Below, piece after piece: positions 36,902 to 49,695 of a DNA stretch of 64,000 nt; position 1 is the stretch's first letter, and the number at the start of each line of letters is the position of its first letter. The stretch spans positions 57,784,001 through 57,848,000 of the forward strand of contig OX597828.1 in the NCBI GenBank assembly GCA_951406725.2. The letters run 5' to 3'. The notes under the pieces are model-generated. The model did no database searches. It was given only the letters and a program-made list of their open reading frames with translations, and had not been told where the DNA came from. A program made the translations under genes and the position numbers. This stretch comes from Octopus vulgaris (lineage: Eukaryota).

Positions 36902-37799
36902 TTCATCTCGTATTGAGATTTACGAATTAGTTATTTTGCTTGTTGCAAGATCAGCGACAGATTCTCACTTGGTTTTCTTTGAATTGCAAACCGGAGCGAA
37001 TTCCTGCTATCTCTAGCGACCGAATGTTCACCATTAACGATGAGCACAAATAGCCCGAAACTGATCGATCTGATGGTAGGGTTTGATTCCCCTGGTTGCA
37101 ATATATACCTGGTGCAAATGGCATTGATCACCAGCTGGACGAGGCTCTTCTTGGAATTAGAAACGGTTATAACGTCGAACAGCCACAGTGATGTGACGAT
37201 AAACATTACTTCTATCTAGTGATTCTTTCGATATTATTCCAGTAGGTACGGAGAAGCGTACTTTTATCCAAGAATTCAGAATTTATACCGAAACACAACC
37301 AACGTTTTCGAATAGATACTAATAGTACGAAGTGTAGAACTTGCAAAAAATGCAAATAATACAAAATTTCGAATGTCAATGACACGTACAGTATTTTATT
37401 TCACCGAGAATTTAATTTTAGCTTTATTTCTATCAGTCAGTTGCGTACTTATTTGAATGTCAGTATTGTCAGTGTGAAGTAGAGTTATATTTTATGAAAC
37501 TTTCAAAACACCAAAATCAGTGGAGAGAAAATATAGATATGAAGCACATTCTTGCCATTCCGTAACAAACCTAGAATATTCGCTTATCAGCCAGAAATCA
37601 TTCGTCACAGAAATTCTGCTGTAGCATAGATAATAAAAACAAAACAAAAGTAAAAAATAGTGAAAAAATATTTGGTGTCAATCCCTGCAAAAATAAACAG
37701 TTTAATTTTTGCTCATTCTGAAACAAATAAACAAATAAACCGTTCTCTATCGTTTTATATCTTTTGAAAGGCGATTATAACAAACTGTATTTCTAAAAC

Positions 37800-38372
37800 A
37801 TATTCAGTTCAAATTCTGCCGAGGTCGACTTTTCATCCTTTCGGGGTCGATAAATTAAGTACCAGTGAAGCACTGGGGTTGATATAATCGATTAGTACCC
37901 AACCCACAAACATGAGGCCTTGTGCCTTCAGTAGAAAGGATTATAGGTACCAGACCAAGAATTTCGAGTGAGAAGGCTAGTCGATTATATCGACCTCAGT
38001 GCTCAACTGGTACATATTTTCTCGACTTGGAAAGGATGAACGGCAAAGCTGACCTCAACAGAATTTGAGTTCAGAATGTAAATATGGACGAAAAGCCGCT
38101 AAGCATTTTACTCGGCGTGCCAACGATTACTATTCTGCTAGCTCGGCGCCTTTAAATGTGTAAATAATCCTATGTACTAAAGGCACAAGGCCTGAAATTT
38201 GGTCGGAGTGACAAGTCGATTATAATTATGCTCGACTGGTCCTTAGTTTATCGATTCCGATTGATGAACGGCAAAGTCGGCCACAACAGAATTTGAATTC
38301 AGAATGTAAAGACAGACGAAATGACGTAACGTGCTTTGCCTGGCGTGTTAACGATTGTACCAGCTCGCCACC
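37800..38372. mobile_element. Cluster of three family A SINEs (one plus, two minus)
   Basis: Family A motifs. Confidence 0.75.
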
Positions 38373-39623
38373 TTTAAATGTATAAATAATAATAAAGAAA
38401 ACTGCGAAAGTGATTCAATTACGACCCAATGGCCAGAAGTTATGTTAATAGTAATAACGTCAGAAGATTTTTACGTCTGTTTTAGGCAATTAAATTATCG
38501 TTACATGGGGTGCATTTCCAATGCATAAGCTGTATGTCACATCGATTAAATTCGGTGGCAATAAATTTAATAGAATGCTTCAGTAATTGAAAGTATGTTG
38601 GAGATAATATTAATATCATGCATGTCACTATTTTCTTTTCCTCTGTGCACACATATAGGTGTGTGTGTGTGTGTGTTTTGTAAGTGCATGTACGTCTCTG
38701 TATGTTTAATATATATGTGTGTATGTGTATGTGTGTGTATGTATGTATGTATGTATGTATGTATGTATGTATGTATGTATGTATGTATGTATGTATGTAT
38801 GTATGCATGTATACTCACGCACACCATACATACCTATTCATACATATATTGTGGATGTTTGCGTATGTATGTGTGTTTATGCGGCGGGAATACGGATGTA
38901 TGTATGTTTGTGTTTCTACCAGTGAAACTCTTGTAAATATATCTTTTTCTATTATATATATGTGTGTGTGTGTGTCTGTGCGTGTGTGTGTGTCTGTGTG
39001 TGTGTCTGTATATGTATGTATCTATGTATGTATGTATACACACACATATTTATATATACAGAGAGAGAGATAGAGAGATAAGGGGAGGAAATTTACATTT
39101 TGATGGAATGTGTCTAAAAACTACTGAGACACTTAGACAATTGTCAAGAAAGAAACCAAATTGGATATACATGATACTCAACCAGCAATAGCCGGAGTAA
39201 AATATATTAATGTTTAAGCGATGTCACTGCGCAAAGTACTTTATGCAAGGACAAAAATAACAAAAATAGTCTGTATATGTTCGTTCAATCTGATAAGAAT
39301 TGCAGCTGAATTTCTCTCCAAGTTCATTGGTTAATCATAATCAAGTACTATATACCATTAAAATATGGTTGGATCATGACTAAACATAGTTCTGACACAC
39401 TAGAGTTGATTTGCAACTGAACAAACATTAAACGTTACTTTAACTTTGATACATGATCACACTCGCTATACGAATTAAGGTTTGCTGATATAGATACCTT
39501 TCACAAAATGTAATAACTGCGTAAGATTAGGAACAGGGAGAGAATCGAAATCTCGTCTCGCTGAAACAGTATAACACACACACACAAACAAGCACATAAA
39601 CACAGATATATATATATATATAT

Positions 39624-39790
39624 AGGGAGAGTTTACGAAAAAAACAAAAGACGAAGACAAGTGGTGTACAAAACAAACAGATGTATTAGTATAAAGTCTT
39701 TTACGTTTCGAGCCTACGCTCTTCTACAGAAAGGGACACAGAAAAAACAAGGAGAGAAACAAGGAGAGAAAAAAATATGTGTAGTGGCTA
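39624..39790 (-). mobile_element. Penelope-type 3' end fragment with variant hammerhead (39698-39733)
   Basis: CUUU-CUGUAGA-A GAGC guag GCUC-GAAA-CG-UA^AAAG; abuts (TA)n; second copy at 50767-50925. Confidence 0.65.
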
Positions 39791-39931
39791 TCACTGTGTT
39801 GTGAGCAATTTGCTCCCTAATCACATGATTTCCGGTTCAGTCCCACTCCGCGGCAGCTTAGGCAAGTGCGTTTTACTGTATCACGCGACCAAGCATTCTG
39901 AATGGATTTGGTGGACGGAAATTTAAGTCCA

Positions 39932-39935
<4 letters not shown>
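39790..39935 (+). mobile_element. SINE family B 5' portion, diverged
   Basis: GGTTCAGTCCCACT..TTAGGCAAGTG..GGATTTGGTGGACGGAAA. Confidence 0.7.
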
Positions 39936-39983
<48 letters not shown>

Positions 39984-40033
39984 GTGTGAATGTATGTATA
40001 CATATGTCTGTATCTGTATATATACATGTATAC

Positions 40034-40088
<55 letters not shown>

Positions 40089-41629
40089 TACATGTATACC
40101 AATGAAACGAAGAAGAAAAAGAAAATTATTTAAGGCATCCTTAGCACTACCTCCTCCAGGCATTTGATGTAGCCTTCCATGTTTCGTATGAGGCCTTGTG
40201 GGAAGAGGAATGGGGGCATGACTAGTGATCACTCCAAACACCATAATACTGACTAGATCTTTGATTTTTATAACTCTCGGTACAAGTCCTCAGATTGCAC
40301 TATCCTTAGATTGACATCCAAATACTCTGAAATATTCGTATTGGTGCAGTACAGCATGTCATTGCCAAAGTCCTGGCATAATGAATCGCGTTATGGTGCT
40401 GAAATTTCTCACAGACGGTGCCCAAATGACCCTACTATACTGTGTAGTGGATAAAATCAAAAATATACAATGTGCATGCGTGAAATTAGAAATATAAAAT
40501 GGCAACAATTTATGCATCGTACACCATATATATATATATGTTTGCGTGTGTGTGTATGTGTGTGTGTGTGTATGTGTGTGTGTGTGTGTGTGTTAGGCTA
40601 TTATTCGCAAGACGTTATATAAAATGAACGACTAACAATTTCCACTTCAATCAACCATTCTCTACGCCGAACAATATTTTATTTTGACTCCCAGGAAATT
40701 TAATGTGTGATGTGGAAAGACCGAAGTGCAAACTACAATATTATCTAACTCTTGACTCTTCCATCTCCATTGATTTTTCAATATTTTATAACCCACAAAG
40801 CTGACGAGTTTCCAAAGAAATCAAATTATTTCACTTCCAATTCAGTCTGTCCCGAAATTCTCCTTACAATATCTTGTACATAAATCACCCCCCCCCCAGA
40901 CAGATTCTTCCTATACTTATCAATTCCATGCATTAGAAAGTTCAGTCTCAGATACTTCGGGAATCTGTAATAGTGCTTCCCACTACGCGTCCTGCCGTTG
41001 CCAAGTCACATAGCCTCAAACAGATTAATCTGAATGCACTACAGCATACATAAAACATTCATACACCAATATATGCACTTAGACCCATACCTGCTTATGT
41101 CAACTTATAAATCAACTTTTCTTCACGCCTGTTTTTATTGATTTATTAATTTGTTCGTTTTGAACAGATTTCGCAAGCAGATCCTCCGCTAATTTCCACT
41201 TCTAAATTTCTACTTACTGAAGACGATAAAACTTAACGTCTTATGAGTGTTTGTACAAAGCAGAGAGAAGTGGTGGTGGTGGTAGTGGTGGTGGTGGTAG
41301 TGGTGGTGGTGGTGGTGGTACAGGGAACAAGAATGGATGACAGTAAATTTACTTCAATAAATTAGATGCAAAACAAAGCAAGAATCTGTGGTGATAATTG
41401 AAACATTAAAGTTTCAGAATTATTGACATTGAAAATATTTTTTTTTTATTTCCAGCTGACGGTGGCGAAATGTGCAAATTTGTTGCCACAAAGAATGTAT
41501 TTAGTGCTAGCTACACGTACTAGGTTTAAGAGTTCATTTAAGGTTTCATTGACGTATGTCGCTTCTTGTTGACGTTGTTTGTATTATCATGACCAACTAC
41601 TTGATTAACGGTAGAGAAAACCTGATTAA

Positions 41630-41862
41630 GGCTGCGAGCTGGCAGAAATGTTACACGCCGGGCGAAATACGTAGCCGTATTTCGTCTGACGTTACGTTGT
41701 GAGTTCAAATTCCGCCGAGGTCGACTTTGCCTTTCATCCTTTCGGGGTCAATGAAATAAGTACCAGTTGCGTACTGGGGTCGATGTAATCGACTTAATCC
41801 GTTTGTCTGTCCTTGTTTGTCCCCTCTGTGTTTAGCCCCTTGTGGGTAGTAAAGAAATAGGT
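41630..41862 (+). mobile_element. SINE family A, full length
   Basis: Family sequence; TSD GAGAAAACCTGA(T/C)TA. Confidence 0.9.
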
Positions 41863-42265
41863 TGAGAAAACCTGACTACTGATAACTTTTTTAAAAGAAC
41901 AGACGTCGACTACACTACTAACCATGTGGACAACTAATCGACCAATCAAAAACCGAATAGTACTCTTATCAATTTTGTGATTATCATTCCATTTCATTAT
42001 TTGAGCGTCACTGACAAGTAATTCGACTTTTAATCAGCCGAGAATTCGACTGATATCAACAGTACGATACCTTTAGGTACGATGAAATTATTCAGTTTAC
42101 CAAGAGAAAATCACATTTGTGTTTAAGTGTGCGTAAGCATGCGTTTGCGACTCTGTGTGTGTATGTGTGTGTTCGCGCGCGCGTTTGCGTGTGTGTGTGC
42201 GTGTGCACGTGTATGTGAATGATGTGTATGCGTGTGTGTCTGTGTTTGTGTGAACAGTTGTATGC

Positions 42266-42667
42266 GTTTGACCGGCAGTTTTTTGAAATAATTTCCACGT
42301 AACTAAACACTTTTAAACTTCGTATACTGGTAGAATGTGTTTATAAAATATCTTTTTCTCTTGGCTTTATTGAAAAAGTTCTATAGTTTGTAAGATATTT
42401 GTTGTTGTTTTTTTCTTCAATTTCTGCAATTTCAACCAATAATTGACGTCTATTGAGGTGAAAACATTCTGTGCCGTATGAATATGTCCCTCGTTTAAGA
42501 AACAGATTGGGTTTATTTACATTAGTGAAGAAAAAAAAGATACCCTCCCCCCACCCCTAACTCTAAAACAGATTGAAATGCAATAGATCGATACTAGGGT
42601 CATAATTATGGGTGACAATTTCATATGACACCGCTAGAAAAAACTGCCGTTCAAACCGAAAAGATCC
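42266..42667. mobile_element. MITE-like element with (sub)terminal inverted repeats
   Basis: GTTTGACCGGCAGTTTTTT / AAAAAACTGCCGTTCAAAC. Confidence 0.55.
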
Positions 42668-43319
42668 AGCAGTTGTGCTGTTTCTTTAAGAGCGCTTCTT
42701 ACATTACTGCGCCTCATTAGTTAAATTGTCCGTCTTCACCAGGTTGCTATACGCAAGTAGGATATAGTATGGAGCTGTGTAGTGAATTCCATTTTATGGT
42801 AAGAGGTTATAAAATTTGCCGCTATGTTTCTTTTGGTAGAAACCAAGTAACCAGCACTCCTATCACAGTCATGGTGGACTTTATTCTTATTATGGTCTTC
42901 ATGATGAAGAGTATCATCATCGAAATAACCAGCGTCTTCGTCTCATTAGAATTTTTAATGTTGTCCTGCCTCCCGTTCTTATTGATTCTGTTGCCTGTTG
43001 TCATGCTGAGAAGCTTCACGAAGAATGTCAACGAAGATATTCTTCTAATTACTTCTCAACCTGCAACATAGAAATAAACGAAAGCAAGAAGAATCAAAAA
43101 AATATGATACATTACTAATCATATCATATTGAAAAAAGACTGACAATGCAAATAACACAGTTCAATAAAAACAAATCATATTCTTCATCAAACTTACAAC
43201 TTTCTTCGATAGTCATTTTCATTTAGGAATTATTTCTTCATGTCACAAATTTTTCATTCATCACGTAAACAACAGAGCATTGTCCTCTCATCATAATTAT
43301 TATATTTCCACCCAAATAT

Positions 43320-43772
43320 TATTTTTATATAAATTTGATGGATATTTGTCTTCATCTTTATTGTTAACACAACGTTTCGGCTGATATATCCTCCACCCAT
43401 GGGGAAATTTCGAACCTAGGTTCTCATTCGTAAGGTATTTTTCGATTATTATAATTATTCAGGTCACTACCTGTAATCGAACTCGAAATCCTGGGATTAG
43501 TAGCCGGCGCTATTGACCAGTACATCATATGCCCGTGGGCAATTATGGAGTGAATTTTAGGGCTTATAAATCTAATATTTTTCTATCCTTCCTTAATACC
43601 GGTTCCCATATGTTATTTATATCTGCACTCGGTCTGCTTAGGAGGTTGTTGTGTCCTAGCATATGTACTGCTTCTGTTGGTTTTTCTATTTTCCAGTGGT
43701 GTTCTCTGTCTATTTTTTAACTTCATCCCACAGGGGGAGGTGGTCTCCATTTTTCCATACGTGATCAGCTGT
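43320..43772 (-). mobile_element. Penelope/Poseidon-type 3' end: GIY-YIG C-terminus + tRNA-like head + HHR remnant
   Basis: Minus strand ADHVWKNGDHLPLWDEVK / DREHHWKIEKPTEAVHMLGHNNLLSRPSADINNIWEPVL..* (one frameshift; stop at 43564-43566); tRNA head 43462-43534; CAGCCGAAACGUUGUGU near 43367-43383. Confidence 0.78.
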
Positions 43773-43799
43773 GACACGAGGAGACATTGATAAATCGGG

Positions 43800-45970
43800 T
43801 ATAGCCGAGGTCAACTTTGCCTTTGATTCTTTAGGGGTCGATAAAATAAGTACTCGTTGAACACTCGATGTATTAGACTCATCCCCTCCCCCAAAATTGC
43901 TTGTGGCAAAATTTGAAACCACTATTCTTGTTATTATTATTATTATTGTTGTTGTTGTTATTCTTATTGTTGTTATTCTTATTATTATTATTACTATAGA
44001 CGTCGCACAGTATACAATATCGTGAGGTTGTTGATTGAAGATATTGTGGCAGAATCGATAGGACACCGGGCAAATTGCTTAGTGGCATTTCCTATGTCCT
44101 AACGTTCTGTGTTCAAATTCCGCTGAGGTCGAATTTACTTTTTATCCTTTCGGGGTTGATAAAATAATTACCAGTTGAGTGCTGGTGTCGATGTAAGCGA
44201 CTTATCCCCTCCCCCGAAATTTCAAACCATGTGTCTATCAAGAAAAGATTATCATGGGAGTGATTGATAAACCGATGAGCCAACAGAACGGGTAGCACGC
44301 TGCCCTAAATTCTTAGCGATATTTCATATGGATTTACGTTCAGATTTTAAATCCTTATTGTTGAATTGGTGGATAAGACGGTGAGCTGGAAGAACCGTTA
44401 GCACGTTGGACAAAATGCTTTGCGGCATTTCGTCCGACTTTATGTTCTGAGTTCATATTCCGCCAAGGTTAACTTTACTTCTCATTCGCTTCGAGTCGAT
44501 GAAATAAGTACCAGTTGAGTACTGGGGTTCAATGTAATCGATTTGATCCCTCAATCAAAATTCCAGACCTTGTGTCTATGCAAGAAAAGATTATCACAGG
44601 CATGGTAGATAAAATGACGAGCTAGCAGAGCGGTTAGCACGCTGCACCAAATACTTAGCGACAATTCATTGGGCTTTACGTTCATATTTCAAATCCCGCC
44701 GTGGTCGACTTTCATCCTTTCGGAGTCGATGAAATAAGTACCAGTCATGTACTGTGGTCGACATAATCGACTTCGCCAACCCCTCAAAAACTGTTTAGCC
44801 TGTACCAAATGTTTATTATTATTATGAAAGTTATGGATAAACAGAAGAGTTAGAACCCCGAATAAATGCATTGCGTCTTTTCCTCCGGCTAAAACCTCAC
44901 CGAGACCAAGTTTGTCTTTCATTCTTTCGGAGTCGATAAAATAAAGCACCAGGGTATCGACTCACATCCACTACCTTAAAAAAAAAATGCTGGCTTAGTA
45001 CCAAGACTAAAAACAAAGGCAGTAATCCGACAGAATTGTAACCGCGTTGGACAAAATATTGCTTTCAAATTTTGGCACAATACCAGCCGTCTTGGGGTAG
45101 GGCTTCAGTCGATTACATTGACCCCATTACTCAACTGATACTTATTGTATCGAGCCTGAAAAGATGTAAGGCAAAATCGGCCAGGGCGGAATTTGAACTC
45201 AGAACGTAAAAATGGACTCTGCTAGTGCTCTGTCTTCGCTCTGAACAAAATATTAAGCAGTATTTCTTCCTGCTCTTTATGTATTGTGTATGCCATCGCG
45301 GTCAATTTTGTCTTTCGTATTTTCCGGGTCAATAAAATGAGTAATCAAATTGCCCCTTTCCACAAAACTGCAGGCCTTGTGCTAAAATTAGAAAGAGTCA
45401 TGATTAAAGGTCACGAGCTGGCAGGATTGTTAGCGAATCAAAGGCGACGAGCTGGCAGAAGCGTTAACACGCCAGGCGAAATGCTTACCGGTATTTCGTC
45501 TGCCGTTACGTTCTGAGTTCAAATTCCGCCGAGGTCGACTTTGCCTTTCATCCTTTCGGGGTCGATAAATTAAGTACCAGTTACGCACTGGTGTCGATAT
45601 AATCGACTTAATCGGTTTGTCTGTCCTTGTTTGTCCTCTCTGTGTTTAGCCCCTTGTGGGTAGTAAAGAAATAGGTATTTCGTCTCCCGTTACGTTCTGA
45701 GTTCAAATTCCCCCGAGGCTGACTTTGCCTTTCATCCTTTCGAGATCGATAAATTAAGTACCAGTTACGCACTGAGGTCGATGTAATCGAGTTAATCCGT
45801 TTGTCTGTCGTTTGTCCCCTCTATGTTTAGCCCGTTGTGGGCAATAAAGAAATAAGTATTGTTTGCGCATCGGGCAAAATGATTTGTGTATTCCCTCCTG
45901 TGTTCCTTACGTTGTGAGTTCAAATCCCACCAAAGTCAAATTTGCATTTTCCTGTTTTTGGTGTCGATAT
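43800..45970 (+). mobile_element. Dense array of about ten family A SINE copies, mostly in the same orientation
   Basis: Repeated family A heads and bodies; young tandem pair at 45442-45674 and 45675-45856; one minus copy near 45070-45210. Confidence 0.85.
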
Positions 45971-46690
45971 AGCCGAGTCTATAACGGAAAAGAAAAAAAA
46001 AAGCACTAGTCTTGTCACAAAATTCGAAACCGTTAGTTTTATGATATCCATCGTTATTGCCATTACTGTTTCTGGTATTGCTACTATTTAGCAGTTTCTC
46101 TCCCGCCCCCCGCTCCTCTCCGCTACTTGCAACATCTTAAGCACACACGCCGCTCCTACTTCCATCATCAATAGCTTCGTTGCCACAATTCTTGTACAAT
46201 TCACTATCAACTTTGTTTAGTTGCCATTTTCTGTTTAAAGTTTTTATTACGTTTTGTTTCCAAAAAAAAAACAAACATATAAAAAAAATATTCATGTTTT
46301 CACAGATTTTGATTTACTTTTAAATGTAATTTCATGCTCCAGCTCCTGAAACACGTATCTTCCCTGCAGGCATTTAGACCAAATCATAAACACACCAACA
46401 TATAAATATATAAGTAGACATGTTCACATGAAGAAATGAAAACAAATCACATGATAAACATGCAAAATTACAAAATCTAAACGAAAAGAATCTGCTAAGA
46501 AAAACAGTTCTGCGGTGTTGGATACTTCAATAATTTATTGGTGGAAGTGAGAAATTTATATCAGCTTCTCTCTCTCTTTAAGTATATTTCTCTATCTGTC
46601 TGTCTTTCTTTCCTACTTCTATCAGGAGCATAGCTACAGTCTTTGCCTCATTGCTTTACTTGACACTATGTATACATATATATACATGTA

Positions 46691-46905
46691 AGGCGGCGAG
46701 CTGACAGAAACGTTAGCACGCCGGGCGAAATGCGTAGTCGCATTTCGTCTGGCATTACGTTCTGAGTTCAAATTCTGCCGAGGTCTTTACCTTTCATCCT
46801 TTCGGGGTCGATAAATTAAGAACCAGTTACGCACTGGGGTCGTTGTAATCGACTTAATCCGTTTGTCCCCTCTGTGTTTAGCCCCCTGTGAGTAGTAAAG
46901 AAATA
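46691..46905 (+). mobile_element. SINE family A
   Basis: Family sequence flanked by an ACTATGTATACAT duplication. Confidence 0.88.
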
Positions 46906-47419
46906 ACTATGTATACATGTATGTGTGTGTGCGTTTATTTATACATATTTATTTATTTATTTATATATATTATTTGTTATTTATGTATTGGTTTATGTCT
47001 ATCACTGTTTGAGTTGCATCAAAGTGGTTTTATCTCTAATTCATATTTCATATATTTATACTGTAAAATTTGATTTAATACTAAATTGAATTTTTCCCTG
47101 TAAGTTTGGAGTTATACTCCCTAATATTATTATTATTATATATATATATATGGGGGTTATGTGTGTATATATGTTTGTGGTATATATATGTGTGTATAAC
47201 TAATATATATGCATATATGTGTATACGACGTCACCAATCGTAAGGAACATGAAATACGAAAACAAATGAGTTAAATACTCAAATAACGAGAGAGAAAATG
47301 GAAAACAAAAATGTAATATGGGTACAGCAAGGGTTAATAACAAGTATATAAAGTACTCTAACATGCTTATGACCAGTTCAAATATGCCAGAAGTATAGGG
47401 GTCCTCACCTTGCATGTCG

Positions 47420-47735
47420 TTTCAACAACGTTTTGGATGATGTTCTGTTCAGCCTTCATCCGGTGTTTTGGTGGAATTTCGAACCCAGCCTTTTGACTAA
47501 TAGGGTGGCCTATACTCATTCCTAAGGCATTCTTTTGGGGTTGATTATATTTTTGGCGATATTTCCCAAGCCCCTGCCTGGGATTGAACTCAGATTCTGG
47601 GGATTAGTAGCCCGCACTCTTATCCACTACGTTATATGCCCATAGGCATTTAGCGTAGTGCCTACGGGCATATAGCGTAGTGATTAAGAGCACGGGCTGC
47701 TCACCCTCGGATTCTAAGTTCAATCCCAGGCAGAG
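47420..47735. mobile_element. Related tRNA-head/HHR element (minus, 47420-47647) with an inverted tRNA head (plus, 47660-47733)
   Basis: GGGCATATA(A/G)CGTAGTG..GTTCAATCCCAGGCAG heads on both strands; degenerate HHR ACAC-CGGAUGA-AGGCUG..AAAACGUUGU. Confidence 0.65.
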
Positions 47736-47752
47736 ATCTATATATCTATATA

Positions 47753-47799
<47 letters not shown>

Positions 47800-47803
<4 letters not shown>

Positions 47804-47957
47804 GTCGGACTTCTTTCACTTCCCATCAACTAAATTCACCCACCAGACCCTGGTTGGACCGAGGCTATATTAGAAAATACTTGCCCAAAGTTTCACGCAG
47901 TGGGACTGAACCCAAACCATGTGGTTGGGAAGCAGGCTTCTTACTACACAGCCACTC
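47800..47957 (-). mobile_element. SINE family B 5' half
   Basis: Family B head and CORE-like segment. Confidence 0.78.
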
Positions 47958-48509
47958 GTAATGTTACTATGATCTGAAAACACGTGAAGCATATTAACAT
48001 TAATGACAGGCAATAATGTAGACGGTGAAGATTCTCGCTTATGAAATAAATTGCATTTTGAAGTAGTCACTTTATAAGTACGAATCCAAGAGAGAGAAAA
48101 TTTTATGCCTTCGCTTTATTGTCTTCAACTAATATTAGTTGTATGATGGAAATCGTTCCAATGATGGTAACTTCGAGCGAAACGAAGTTGAATGATAACA
48201 ATCAAATATGAAGTGATTTCTCTCCAGCTTAGGATTCTGCTGTTAAGAAATGTCGAGAATTCTCATGTGAGAGATGAGAGAACGGAGCACAAAATAGCTT
48301 GGACGAAATATGTTGAAGGTGCTTTTAGATAATCGTTAAAGCTGTCATCGTATGCAGTTTTCATTATAATTCTTTCTTTATCTTTCCCAACTTGAATTCG
48401 TGTCTCAAAATGTCCATTTCACTTCAGTTATAATCAGAAATCGCAACCGTTTGTTTCACCAGTTACTAATAATATTAGCACGCTGAATATCATTTCAATC
48501 TTGACAACC

Positions 48510-48700
48510 TTTTCTATTATAAGCATAAAATTTTGGTGGAGACGGCTTGCCGATTATAACGATCCCAGTGTTCGCATGGTACTTATTTTATCGACCCTAA
48601 AAGGATTAAAGGCAAAGTCGACCTTGGAGGAATATCACCTCAGAACACAAAAGCGGAAAAGATACCGCTAAGCATTTTTTCGCTGTACTAAGCTCACCAC
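48510..48700 (-). mobile_element. SINE family A, diverged
   Basis: ATCGACCCTAAAAGGATTAAAGGCAAAGTCGACC. Confidence 0.7.
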
Positions 48701-48889
48701 CTTCATTTCAATCATAATAACAAGAAGAATGCCATGCTAAATAGTTAGTTAAATGATGAACATTGAAAATGTTTTTCTTTATATTAGAATTAAACAGCTG
48801 CAAAATATCGAGGATCATTCTCAGAGAAGCAAAATAAATTTTAAAAAGCAAAGCTGATTCAGTAACGCTTTTTGGACATTGTGGAGCTA

Positions 48890-49245
48890 ACATCATAATC
48901 TGTTGTCCGAAAAGGTCATCACGGTTTTATCTACCGATGAGACATGATGTTGTAACAATTACACTCTGTAATGAAATAGGCATTCCTAATAAAAAGGAGT
49001 CCTGGTGGAACTTCCCGGTGAAGACATCTGAAGACAACAGACCTGATGTGGGATAGAGAAGAGAAAGTGTGCAGTTGTGGAAATTAGTTGCCCGGTGGAT
49101 GTTAACATAAAGCTGAAGATAACTGAAAAAGAGAGCACCTATGCTGAACTATTAAGAAATCTGCTGTTACTCTATCCAGATTACAAGTTCAGGTATATAC
49201 CTGTAATTATTGTGACACTAGGGTATGTAACACACTGCATAAAAC
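48890..49245 (+). pseudogene. R2-group (R4/Dong-like) LINE fragment, restriction-like endonuclease domain
   Basis: YLPMRHDVV, SWWN, NRPD, VEISCPVDVNIKLKITEKESTY, YIPVIIVTLGYV (RHD...PD..E/DxK RLE signature). Confidence 0.75.
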
Positions 49246-49280
49246 AAAACATACAAAGCTGTACGTTTACATGCACGCTG

Positions 49281-49307
49281 ACATACATACGTACATACAT
49301 ACATACA

Positions 49308-49341
<34 letters not shown>

Positions 49342-49695
49342 CATACACATACATACATACATACATACATACATACATACATACATACATACATACATAC
49401 ATACATACATACATACATACACATACATACATACATACATACATACATACATACATACATACATACATACATACACATACATACATACATACATACATAC
49501 ATACATACATACATACATACATACATACATACATACATACATACATACATACATACATACATACATACATACATACATACATACATACATACATACATAC
49601 GTACATACATACATACATACTTACATACATACATACATACATACTTATATACATACATACTTACATACATACATATATACATACATACATACATA
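49281..49695. repeat. (CATA)n microsatellite
   Basis: Direct reading. Confidence 0.98.

Noticed and set aside
40797-40840. CUGACGA followed by a small hairpin
   Set aside because: CAAA instead of GAAA and no convincing stems I and III
43800-45970. CRISPR-like repeat/spacer array
   Set aside because: Units are 150-230 bp SINE copies in a eukaryotic context, with no constant short repeat
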